The notes beneath the pieces were generated by a model. It saw only the letters and a program-made list of their open reading frames with translations. It was not told the origin of the DNA and searched no databases. The translations under genes were made by a program, and so were the position numbers. Positions 39,195 to 47,879 of a stretch of DNA of 64,000 bases are shown here, piece after piece. The stretch is from positions 44,607 through 108,606 of the forward strand of contig JAQBQS010000003.1 of assembly GCA_028286885.1 (NCBI GenBank), given 5' to 3'. Origin of the DNA: Patescibacteria group bacterium. GTDB lineage: Bacteria; Patescibacteriota; Minisyncoccia; Phycocordibacterales; UBA1006. The first letter of the stretch is position 1, and each line of letters opens with the position of its first letter.

Positions 39195-39239
39195 CCGTCA
39201 GAATTATTTAGAGCAGGTCGAGAGACTTGCTTTTTTATT

Positions 39240-39735
39240 ACCTCACCCGTCTCGCTTCGCGAGCCACCCTCTCCTCTGCGAGGAGAGGGACGAACTTTAG
39301 ATTTTCTTTAAATATGGTTGTTAAAATTCCATTCATGGGAATTATCAATGGAATTCAAAATAAAGAAAAAAGAAGATTTCTTCGCAAAAACCAAACACTT
39401 GAGGAAGAATTTGTTTGGAGAAACCTACGAGGGAACAAAATGGGAATGAAATGGCGACGGCAAGTAAGTATTGGTCAGTATGTCGCAGATTTTTACTGCA
39501 CGGCAAGAAAGCTTGTTTTAGAGATCGATGGCGACCAACATCTTGCTGAGAGTGCTAGAGGATATGATGAAATTAGGACTCATTTTTTCGAAATAAATGG
39601 AATTAAAGTAATTCGGATTTCTAATAAAGAACTTAATAGCGACCCTCAGATTCTTTATCAGAAGATAAAAGATTTCGAACGCTGACCCTCTCCTCGCAGA
39701 GGAGAGGGTGGTTTGCGCAGCAAACCGGGTGAGGT
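39240..39735. mobile_element. DUF559 nuclease module bounded by 51-bp structured inverted repeats
   Basis: Left ACCTCACCCG..CCACCCTCTCCTCTGCGAGGAGAGGG (39240-39290) is the near-exact reverse complement of the right copy (39685-39735). Confidence 0.7.
39335..39685 (+). CDS. DUF559 (Vsr-like) endonuclease
   Basis: LRKNQTLEE..W..LR, WRRQVSIGQYVADFYC..KLVLEIDGDQH, D..RT..F..GIKVIR.N. Confidence 0.92.
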   Translation: MGIINGIQNKEKRRFLRKNQTLEEEFVWRNLRGNKMGMKWRRQVSIGQYVADFYCTARKLVLEIDGDQHLAESARGYDEIRTHFFEINGIKVIRISNKELNSDPQILYQKIKDFER

Positions 39736-39830
39736 TTGTAAAAGGCGACTAACATCGCCTTTTTTCTTGCCAAAAATTATTTTCATGTCGTTTTAACGAA
39801 TATAAGCAAGTTATGCACAAGAATCTTCAA

Positions 39831-39885
39831 ATGGAACATTGTGGAACTTGGTGGGATGGCGTACGATATAAGTGGGATGAAGTGG
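39831..39885 (+). promoter_or_regulatory. MraZ operator (GTGG direct repeats with 10-bp period)
   Basis: ATGG 39831; GTGG at 39841, 39851, 39872, 39882 upstream of mraZ. Confidence 0.8.
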
Positions 39886-39910
39886 CATACACTTGTGAAC
39901 GCCGATAAAT

Positions 39911-39940
39911 CCTGGATCCCGGATCAAGTCCGGGATGACG
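39911..39940 (-). repeat. CGTC-tagged REP-like palindrome
   Basis: Reverse complement CGTCATCCCGGACTTGATCCGGGATCCAGG. Confidence 0.75.
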
Positions 39941-39950
39941 AACAATTATT

Positions 39951-40385
39951 ATGTTAATCGGAGAATACCGGCACACGCTGGACGAAAAGAATCGATTGTC
40001 GCTCCCGGCGAAATTTCGCAAGGAGCTCGGCAAAAAAATTATCATGACGCGAGGTCTCGATCGCTGTCTTTTCGTATATCCGGTTGCCGAGTGGAAGAAA
40101 TTTTCCGAACAGCTCGCATCGCTCTCGATCGGTTCGGCCGAGGGGCGAGGTTTCTCGCGAGCGATGCTCGGAGGCGCCATGGAGGTTGATGTGGACGGCA
40201 GCGGCCGCGTGCTCGTGCCCGACCATTTGAAATCCTACGGATCGCTCTCGGCGAAAGTCGTCGTGGCAGGAATCCATAATCGCGTCGAGCTTTGGAACGA
40301 GGAGGCTTGGAACTCGTACACCACAGGCGTCGAGAAGGAAGCGAATTCATTGGCTCAGAAATTAGCAGATATCGGAATGATCTAG
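39951..40385 (+). CDS. mraZ: Transcriptional regulator MraZ
   Basis: GEYRHTLDEKNRLSLPAKFR, DGSGRVLVP, RVELW. Confidence 0.97.
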   Translation: MLIGEYRHTLDEKNRLSLPAKFRKELGKKIIMTRGLDRCLFVYPVAEWKKFSEQLASLSIGSAEGRGFSRAMLGGAMEVDVDGSGRVLVPDHLKSYGSLSAKVVVAGIHNRVELWNEEAWNSYTTGVEKEANSLAQKLADIGMI

Positions 40386-40389
40386 TTGT

Positions 40390-41304
40390 ATGCACATTCC
40401 CGTACTGTTTAATGAATCAATAGAAGCTCTTTCAATAAAAAAAGACGGGACATACGTTGACGGGACGCTCGGAGGGGCAGGGCATGCCTGTGAAATTGCC
40501 AGGCATTTGGGGCCAGATGGAACGTTGATTGGTTTCGATCTGGATTCGAATGCAATAGCTCGCGCCAAGGAAAAACTTACCCCCTCCGCGATACGCTCCG
40601 GCGGGTCAGGGCAGATGTGCAAAGTCATTCTTGTTCAAGAAAACTTCAGGAATCTCGATAAAGTTCTTGAAGAACATGATATCCAAGAAGTTGAGGGAAT
40701 ATTTCTTGATTTGGGATGGTCGTCATTTCAGATTGCCGACGCGAGCAGGGGGCTATCTTTCCAAGAAGACGGGCCTCTGAAAATGACATTGAAGGACAAT
40801 CCGGGCGAGGACGATGTGACGGCTTATGACATCGTGAACTCATGGGACGAGAAAACGATCGCGGATACGATCTACACCTACGGCGACGAGCGCGCATCGC
40901 GCAGAATTGCCAAGGCAATCGTGGATTGGCGCCGCAAAAAGCCGATTATCACGACGTTCGACTTAGTTTCCGTCATCGAATCGGTAATGCCAAGAAAGCC
41001 TTGGATGAAAACCAATCCGGCAACGAAAACGTTTCAGGCCCTTCGCATCGCAACGAATGATGAATACGGGGCGCTCGGCGAAACGCTTGAGAAAGGATTC
41101 GAAAGGCTCAAGCAAAGCGGGCGATTCGCGATCATTTCATTCCACTCGGGCGAGGATCGCATTGTCAAAAATTTCTTCCGCGACAAGGCGCATGCCGATC
41201 TTGCAACCTTGATTACGAAAAAACCAATCACGCCAAGCGAAGCGGAACTCGCAGTCAATCCGCGTGCCCGAAGTTCGAAGCTGCGCATCTTAGAAAAAAT
41301 ATGA
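40390..41304 (+). CDS. rsmH: 16S rRNA m4C1402 methyltransferase RsmH
   Basis: HIPVL, DGTLGGAGHA, DLGWSS, TFQALRIATNDE, ISFHSGEDRIVK, NPRARSSKLR. Confidence 0.97.
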   Translation: MHIPVLFNESIEALSIKKDGTYVDGTLGGAGHACEIARHLGPDGTLIGFDLDSNAIARAKEKLTPSAIRSGGSGQMCKVILVQENFRNLDKVLEEHDIQEVEGIFLDLGWSSFQIADASRGLSFQEDGPLKMTLKDNPGEDDVTAYDIVNSWDEKTIADTIYTYGDERASRRIAKAIVDWRRKKPIITTFDLVSVIESVMPRKPWMKTNPATKTFQALRIATNDEYGALGETLEKGFERLKQSGRFAIISFHSGEDRIVKNFFRDKAHADLATLITKKPITPSEAELAVNPRARSSKLRILEKI

Positions 41305-41609
41305 TTCCTTTTACAAAAAAAATCTTTTCCGGAACTTTGAACACGACACTCCTTATGGTCATCGTGGGCTTGTTCGGTGCGTACTCGTTTTTCATCGGGC
41401 ACAGCGTTGTTGCTATTAACCAGCGCAAGGCTCTTTTGTCGCAAGTACGTACCACCCAATCAGCAGTGTCAGATTCAGAAATTAAATATTTCAACCTTGC
41501 CTCCGCAATCGACATGAATACGGCGGCGAAATACGGCTTCGTTGATTCCAAAACACCCGACTTTGCCTACACGGCACCGAATGGCGAGAATACAGTGGCT
41601 GTAAGATAA
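41301..41609 (+). CDS. FtsL-like cell division protein
   Basis: Lies between rsmH and the PBP gene; TM plus coiled coil. Confidence 0.65.
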   Translation: MIPFTKKIFSGTLNTTLLMVIVGLFGAYSFFIGHSVVAINQRKALLSQVRTTQSAVSDSEIKYFNLASAIDMNTAAKYGFVDSKTPDFAYTAPNGENTVAVR

Positions 41610-41617
41610 ATATTTCA

Positions 41618-41775
41618 TACCCCCTCGCCTCGCAGAGCCTCGGCATTCCCCCTAGAAGGGGGAGACAGTTCTGCTGGATTATTTTTTAAAATCTTTTTTT
41701 CAGCTAAATCACAACTTCCAGTTATGCGAAGCTGTCCTCCCCTTATAGGGGAGGTGCCCGTAGGGCGGAGGGGTA
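41618..41775. repeat. Nuclease-free inverted pair of DUF559-type repeats (MITE/REPIN-like)
   Basis: TACCCCCTCGCC..GGCATTCCCCCTAGAAGGGGGAGACAG, about 60 bp AT-rich spacer, CTGTCCTCCCCTTATAGGGGAGGTGCCCGTAGGGCGGAGGGGTA. Confidence 0.75.
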
Positions 41776-41798
41776 TTGGTATGTTAAAATAACACCCA

Positions 41799-43514
41799 AT
41801 GGATGCAATTATTTTTAAAAAGCGAATATGGATCGTGATCTTGGGAGTCGTTCTCGTGGTCCTTTTGATCATCGGAAAATTATTTTATCTGCAGATCATC
41901 CACGGCTCGACGTACGAACTCTTGGCGGACCGGCAATACGTAACGCAGCTCTCAACGCTCTTTGACCGCGGATCGATTTATTTCTCTGACAAGGACGGCA
42001 ATCTCGTTTCCGCCGCGACGCTCAAATCAGGATTCAAGGTAGCGATTAATCCGGGACAGATCACCGATCCGGAAACTGTTTTTAAGGCGATCGGTCCGAC
42101 GCTCGGACTCGACCATGACACGTTCGTTATGCGCGCGTCCAAGAAGAACGATAGCTATGAGGAAATTGCAACGAATATTGACGAGGAAGCGGCGTCTCAC
42201 GTTTCAGCTCTTAAGATTCCAGGCCTTTCCATCTACCGAATGAACTGGCGGTTTTATCCGGGAGCATTCTTGGCGTCGAATGTCATCGGATTTATGGCGT
42301 ACAAGGGAAACGATTTCACGGGCCGTTACGGCATCGAACGCGCCTACAACGACATTCTCTCGCGGGCGAGCCAGGACTTGTACGTGAACTTTTTCGCGGA
42401 AATCTTCTCGGACGTGGGCAACCTTGTCGACAAGAAGACCGAGACCGAGGGCGATATTGTTACGACGATCGAGCCGTCAGTGCAGCAAAACTTGGAGTCG
42501 ATGCTCAAGGGAGTCCAGACAGAGTGGAATTCGGATCGCGTCGGCGGCATTGTCATGGATCCCAAAACCGGAGCGGTCTTGGCCATGGGGCTCTCCGACG
42601 GATTCGATTTGAATCAGAGCCGAAACGTTACCGACGTTTCGCAGTTCAATAATCCTCTTGTGGAAAGCGATTTTGAAATGGGCTCGATCATGAAGCCGGT
42701 CATCATGTCGATTGCGATCGATCAGGGCGCGGTTACGCCAACAACGACTTATAATGACAAAGGATTCGTGCAGGTTGCAAACCGCACGATCTACAATTTC
42801 GACAAGAAAGGGCGCGGTGCAAACATCACGATGCAACAAGTTCTTAATCAATCCCTTAACACGGGAATGGTCTTCGTCATGCAGCACATGGACAAGGCGG
42901 CGTTTCGCGACCAGTGGAAATCATTCGGATTCGGCGAAAAAACGGGAATCGATCTGCCGGCCGAGGGAACGGGACTCATTTCGAACGTGAACACGAACTA
43001 TGATGTGAACTTTGCGAACATCTCGTTCGGCCAAGGCGTTGCGGTCACGCCGATCGAGATGATCCGCGCGCTTGCTGTTTTGGCAAACGGCGGGCATTTG
43101 GTCACGCCGCATGTCGCTTCGCGAGTCGAGTATCCGAGCGGACTTTCAAAGACGTTGGACTGGCCGGTAACAGGGCAATTGATCAAGCCTGAGACTGACG
43201 CGACAATTACAAAGATGCTCACAACCGTGTTTGATAATTACAACGGCGGAACGATCAAGCTCGATCATTATTCCATCGCGGCGAAAACGGGTACGGCGCA
43301 GATTCCTGATTCGTCCACCGGAGGCTACTATCCTGATCGCAACCTTCACACGTTCATGGCGTACTTCCCGGCGCAGGATCCAAAGTTCATCGTCTTCTTC
43401 TACAACTACTATCCGAAAAACGGCGCCAAATATTCGTCAGATACGCTCCTTCCGCCGTTCGTAAATTTTGCGAAATTCCTGATAAATTATTACGATGTTC
43501 CGCCGGACCGGTAA
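41799..43514 (+). CDS. ftsI: Class B penicillin-binding protein (FtsI-like)
   Basis: RGSIY, SIMK (SxxK), SLN (SxN), KTGTAQ; dcw position. Confidence 0.9.
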   Translation: MDAIIFKKRIWIVILGVVLVVLLIIGKLFYLQIIHGSTYELLADRQYVTQLSTLFDRGSIYFSDKDGNLVSAATLKSGFKVAINPGQITDPETVFKAIGPTLGLDHDTFVMRASKKNDSYEEIATNIDEEAASHVSALKIPGLSIYRMNWRFYPGAFLASNVIGFMAYKGNDFTGRYGIERAYNDILSRASQDLYVNFFAEIFSDVGNLVDKKTETEGDIVTTIEPSVQQNLESMLKGVQTEWNSDRVGGIVMDPKTGAVLAMGLSDGFDLNQSRNVTDVSQFNNPLVESDFEMGSIMKPVIMSIAIDQGAVTPTTTYNDKGFVQVANRTIYNFDKKGRGANITMQQVLNQSLNTGMVFVMQHMDKAAFRDQWKSFGFGEKTGIDLPAEGTGLISNVNTNYDVNFANISFGQGVAVTPIEMIRALAVLANGGHLVTPHVASRVEYPSGLSKTLDWPVTGQLIKPETDATITKMLTTVFDNYNGGTIKLDHYSIAAKTGTAQIPDSSTGGYYPDRNLHTFMAYFPAQDPKFIVFFYNYYPKNGAKYSSDTLLPPFVNFAKFLINYYDVPPDR

Positions 43515-43562
43515 GACTTTGTTTCAATGCTGCAATCTGCTAGAATGTGGAAAATTCAAACA

Positions 43563-43853
43563 ATGAAACAGAAACAAGGAATCGAACTTTTACAGCAATG
43601 GGAAAATACCAAGAAGGCAGTTCTTATGATCATCATGGAAAATCCGGACGGAATATCGCATACGGCGCTTGTGCAAAAAATAAACAAGGCTGATCAGTCC
43701 TCCTATGACAAAAATGGCGAAAGTATTCTTGATTATTGTAACGATCGTGGTCCGCATTATTTTATTAACGAGCTTATGGACGCGAACAAGATAGAGAATT
43801 TCTATCTGCCTGCAAATATCTGCAGCGAATGCCTCTATCGCGTTGCGGCTTAA
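43563..43853 (+). CDS. Hypothetical protein, possibly winged-helix
   Basis: Short ORF followed by a bidirectional terminator. Confidence 0.55.
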   Translation: MKQKQGIELLQQWENTKKAVLMIIMENPDGISHTALVQKINKADQSSYDKNGESILDYCNDRGPHYFINELMDANKIENFYLPANICSECLYRVAA

Positions 43854-43866
43854 CATAAAACCGCCC

Positions 43867-44502
43867 TTAATCAAGGCGGTTTTTTCTTGCAAGAAGTATT
43901 CCGTTATCCATATCCAAAATTTCAAACGTCCATCCTTTTTCTTTTAAGAGTTCAAAAAACGGCTGCATACGCGAACCCATATTGCCCGCGTTATCCGCAA
44001 TGATTGTTGCATTCTCGGCAAGGTGAGGTTCGAGGAGGGGGAAGTATTCATGGTAATGTCCGCGGTCGGCGTCCATGAAAACGAAGTCGAATTTCAAATT
44101 TTGTTTCAGCAAGTCTGAATTATTCAACACATCCATGATAGTGCCTAAATAAGGCGTTACATATTTCTCAAATCCTGTATTCTTAATATTTTCTTTTGCG
44201 AGTTCGAACTTGTTTTCCATGTGTTCGATGGTGAAAACGTGCGCGCCAATTTCTGCTGCTGCATGCGAGAGCCAAACGGTCGAATAGCCGAGGGATGTTC
44301 CGAGTTCGAGAATGCTTTTTGGTTTCAATATTAAAACCTGTTCATGCAAAAATTCTCCCGTAGCGCGGGGAATGGCCCAGGCGCGCTGGCCTTTGGTCGG
44401 ATCGTTTATGAGGTCTTCGCCTCGCGCGATCTGGCTCGGCGACCACCAAACAAATTGTTCCGCCTGCTTCTCGATATTGGAAAGGGATTCCTCGAATGTC
44501 AT
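43867..44502 (-). CDS. Class I SAM-dependent O-methyltransferase
   Basis: ILELGTSLGYSTVW, FDFVFMDAD, IIADN. Confidence 0.9.
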   Translation of the reverse strand: MTFEESLSNIEKQAEQFVWWSPSQIARGEDLINDPTKGQRAWAIPRATGEFLHEQVLILKPKSILELGTSLGYSTVWLSHAAAEIGAHVFTIEHMENKFELAKENIKNTGFEKYVTPYLGTIMDVLNNSDLLKQNLKFDFVFMDADRGHYHEYFPLLEPHLAENATIIADNAGNMGSRMQPFFELLKEKGWTFEILDMDNGILLARKNRLD

Positions 44503-44533
44503 GGGGGAAGTATAGCAAAATAAAAACCGAGTC

Positions 44534-45052
44534 CTAGGACTCGGCGTATTCTAATAGAATTTCTAGCTGCTTCTCAAAGATTCGTATATAGCGATCGTAT
44601 CTTGCAACGAGCCTTTCGACACCTTCGATATCGTAACCGATACCGAGTATCATCCTGCCTTTCTCGAAAGTAAATACATTCGAACTAAGTAAGTCACGGA
44701 ATGTAGTAAGATAGCGAATTCGGACTTTTGTTTTGTCGATAAGCGCATAGATACTGGGAATGTTAGTATTCTTTTTTACGGATTTTGTTATCGTAGTGAT
44801 ACGTTTTGTAAGTTCGCGCGCATCCCGATCCTCGAGAGGTTTTGTTTTCAAATCGTTAAGCTGCGTGACGATATCTTCGTTGTTTGAAGCCATGAAGGCA
44901 TAGTTCTTTCTGATTCTGCGGAGCGACCTCCAAAAGATCCACAATAGGAATCTTCCTGCAATAATATCCGATTTGTCGACATAGACGACGCGAGTGAGGA
45001 AAATGACTGTTCCGACTAAAAAGATGATAAGCGGGATGTAGTAAATATTCAT
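44534..45052 (-). CDS. Hypothetical membrane-anchored protein
   Basis: N-terminal TM and helical remainder. Confidence 0.6.
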   Translation of the reverse strand: MNIYYIPLIIFLVGTVIFLTRVVYVDKSDIIAGRFLLWIFWRSLRRIRKNYAFMASNNEDIVTQLNDLKTKPLEDRDARELTKRITTITKSVKKNTNIPSIYALIDKTKVRIRYLTTFRDLLSSNVFTFEKGRMILGIGYDIEGVERLVARYDRYIRIFEKQLEILLEYAES

Positions 45053-45149
45053 ATTATATTGTTATATTTCCTTTACTATAGCACAAATTATACTTTTTTC
45101 AAGAGCGCTTCACGATTCCAAAAAACCGCGCAATGCGGTTTTTTGGAAT

Positions 45150-45950
45150 TTAATAATTTGTTGTTGTATTCAACTGATAGGTTCCGACGACATTTCCACT
45201 CTGGTCATAAACCGTCACCGTTCCTCGGTAATTGGTGTTACTTGAAAGATTATTCAAGTAAATAGTATTCGACATTCCGTAGAGATTTCCGGAGTTCGCA
45301 GTCAACGTATTTCCATTAGGACCATAATAGCTGACAGTTGCTCGTACGGGCATGTTTGCGCCGATGTTGAGCGTTGCCGCGTTGTTCGTCACATTAGAAA
45401 CTGAGAATGTCGGATTATATGACATGCTCGTGCCCGCAGGGAATGCCTGGATCGTTGAAGATCCAAAAGCTCCTCCTGAAGAATTTCCTCCTACTGAGAA
45501 CGTGTGGCCCGCGCCCGTATTGATTCCGCTTAGCGTTATGTTGTGGTTCGTGCTGTATCCTTGTGAAGGATTTGCATATCCTGACAACACATTTGGCGTC
45601 GTAGGATTAGCTGTGTACCAAAGAAGGGTCGTTGTAGGCTGATCGGTTGTCCATGAAATCATAGCGCCAGTTGATGTCAGATTAGTCACCATGATATTGC
45701 TTATGACCGGTGAACCTGTTGTTATGACAGTTCCACCTGTGTTGTATCGGCAAAACGACATCTGGGCAGCGATCGCATCAGGCAACGACTGGCATACGAC
45801 AGCAGCCTGCGTGACGCTCAGAAGCGTAAAGCCGCTGACCTGGGGCGAGACGGTATAGTTGGATGCGAGTGAAAGAGCAGGGAATGCGAAGAGTGCTGCA
45901 AGTCCGGCGATAGTTGAAACCAGATACGTCTTCGTTGAATATTTTTTCAT
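45150..45950 (-). CDS. Secreted fibronectin type III domain protein
   Basis: Signal peptide; PVISNI.V.NLT...A.ISWTTD, H.ITLSG, LNNLSSNTNY. Confidence 0.75.
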   Translation of the reverse strand: MKKYSTKTYLVSTIAGLAALFAFPALSLASNYTVSPQVSGFTLLSVTQAAVVCQSLPDAIAAQMSFCRYNTGGTVITTGSPVISNIMVTNLTSTGAMISWTTDQPTTTLLWYTANPTTPNVLSGYANPSQGYSTNHNITLSGINTGAGHTFSVGGNSSGGAFGSSTIQAFPAGTSMSYNPTFSVSNVTNNAATLNIGANMPVRATVSYYGPNGNTLTANSGNLYGMSNTIYLNNLSSNTNYRGTVTVYDQSGNVVGTYQLNTTTNY

Positions 45951-46157
45951 ACGTCGTGGCGATTACTTCATATTAACTCGTTAATATTCGGTAATCGTAA
46001 AATTAGCGAATAAACTCCGTTGCTATTAATAATGACTCTCGACACCTTCAGTATACTCCTCTAAAAATAAGAGGAGTACATATTGACAGTGGATAAGATT
46101 TGTATCTTATTTTTCAATGAAAAATCCCCTTGGTTTGCAAGGGGATTAGATAAATTC

Positions 46158-46709
46158 TTAATCAAGAACTGTTTCTTTAGTTCCGATAGAAATAATTTCG
46201 AGACCTGTCACGTCCAGATTCCCTTTGTAGAGAACATGGGGAACTTTGTAATTTACGAGGAAGTTCAATCCGTTGCCAAGCCTTTCCTCGAAGTACGTTA
46301 TCGTTTCCTTAGGCAGCATGGAGTGGCGGCGGACGGATTCCGGAGAAAATTCCTCGAGATGTTCAGGTGCGATGCTATGCCATTCCTTTTTTGGAGGATG
46401 AACATAGATTCTCGTCAGTTCATGATCGAGCATCTCGACAGGAATCTTGTAGAATCGGGTGCCAAAGGGCGTGTAGTTAAACCGGTCGTAGACTTCCTGA
46501 TACTGGTTCGGATGGACCGGCGACATGAAGATCACGTCGTTCCACATGCAATCCAGAGTTGGAATCCGGATATCAAGTACCTTTTCTCGGCCTTCGTATT
46601 TGTTGACGTGCAGATCGTATGCCTCGGGATTTACCAACCGCAATGCATTGAGCGTGTAAAGGATCGGTCCCTCCATATTGGGAGGAATCCGGTGATAGAC
46701 ATATTCCAT
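46158..46709 (-). CDS. Hypothetical protein, possible ADP-ribosyltransferase-like fold
   Basis: YVYHR..., VIFMSPVHP, FYKIP, PHVLYKG. Confidence 0.5.
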   Translation of the reverse strand: MEYVYHRIPPNMEGPILYTLNALRLVNPEAYDLHVNKYEGREKVLDIRIPTLDCMWNDVIFMSPVHPNQYQEVYDRFNYTPFGTRFYKIPVEMLDHELTRIYVHPPKKEWHSIAPEHLEEFSPESVRRHSMLPKETITYFEERLGNGLNFLVNYKVPHVLYKGNLDVTGLEIISIGTKETVLD

Positions 46710-46853
46710 GATTATATATTTTTTGTTGGGAAATATTTAAATATATCATAGCATTATCTTTATAAAAGTCAAATTTTATTCTTTTACAAGAATTCCGCTG
46801 AAAATACTTGAAAGTATTGAAGAATGAGCGTATAGTTGAGTAAAACATGTAAT

Positions 46854-47381
46854 ATGAGCCTTAAAAAGAAAATATGCTACACGACTCAGCCGTTTGATCT
46901 CTTGCAAAAAATGGATTGCACAGGAATGCTTGAAAAGGCAAAAATATTCTTTTCGGATACGGACCATTCGAAAGAAATCTCATCCGGCGAACTGGATGAG
47001 ATATTGAGAATCCTGATTGAGATAAAGCTTCTGGGCATTCAGTTTGAAGTTCAATTTTCTGCGGATAATTCCCAGGAACTGATTGCTGGCTGGAACGAAG
47101 TTTTTCCAAAAACGAATCCAGGGTCGAGAATGTCATCGCTCGCGTATCTGACAGGGGGAGAAGAAAAAGACATTCTTCTTTTGCTGAAAACGCTCGACAA
47201 GGATCCTGATCTTTCGAAACGCTTCGATGACCTTGTTCAATTTGAGGCGAGCGTCGCTCCTTACAGGATTAATCAGCCAAAGGCATTACAATCTGCCGCA
47301 GAAGCTTTGCTTTTGCCAGGTCGAAAAACTGACTACATAACAGCATTCGGTCCGCCGGAAAAAGATTTCATCAGACTATAA
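46854..47381 (+). CDS. Hypothetical protein
   Basis: Long ORF convergent with rlmH; start uncertain. Confidence 0.55.
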   Translation: MSLKKKICYTTQPFDLLQKMDCTGMLEKAKIFFSDTDHSKEISSGELDEILRILIEIKLLGIQFEVQFSADNSQELIAGWNEVFPKTNPGSRMSSLAYLTGGEEKDILLLLKTLDKDPDLSKRFDDLVQFEASVAPYRINQPKALQSAAEALLLPGRKTDYITAFGPPEKDFIRL

Positions 47382-47406
47382 AAACCCTCGCGGGTTTTTT
47401 TATTTA

Positions 47407-47868
47407 TTACACGTGATGATATTTTCCTCCTGAAATCAAATTTGTCACCCGATACAGCTGTTCGGCAATGACAAGCCGCGCCAGTTCGTGCGGCATGGTC
47501 ATGGCTCCGAGCTTTATAATCTGATTTGCTTGCGACTTGAAATTCTCATCAAGTCCGTACGCGCCGCCGATGACAAAGACCATTCGCTTGAATGATTCGT
47601 TCAGCTTCGATTCGATCAGTTTCGAGAATTCCGCTGTCGAGTATTCGCGTCCGCGTTCGTCGAGTGCTACGACAAAATCACCCTTCTTTATTTTTGAAAG
47701 AAGTTTTTCTGATTCTTTGATTCTGCATTGTTCGGTGTTATCGATGCCAAGAGGTTCCAAGATTTCCAGTTCCAAGGAAAACGGAGCGACAATGCGCTTT
47801 TTGTATTCTTGGATCATTGGATCGTATTCTGATTTTTTCTTGCCGATGGCGAGGATGGTGAGGGTCAT
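47407..47868 (-). CDS. rlmH: 23S rRNA m3Psi1915 methyltransferase RlmH
   Basis: ALDERG, FVIGGAYG, MTMPHELARL..EQLYR, GKYH. Confidence 0.96.
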   Translation of the reverse strand: MTLTILAIGKKKSEYDPMIQEYKKRIVAPFSLELEILEPLGIDNTEQCRIKESEKLLSKIKKGDFVVALDERGREYSTAEFSKLIESKLNESFKRMVFVIGGAYGLDENFKSQANQIIKLGAMTMPHELARLVIAEQLYRVTNLISGGKYHHV

Positions 47869-47879
47869 AACAATAGGAG

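Noticed and set aside
46083-46751. 222-aa plus-strand ORF overlapping the minus-strand 183-aa ORF
   Set aside because: The minus-strand ORF has an ATG start, an upstream -10-like element and a downstream hairpin; the plus ORF starts at TTG and looks like a shadow.
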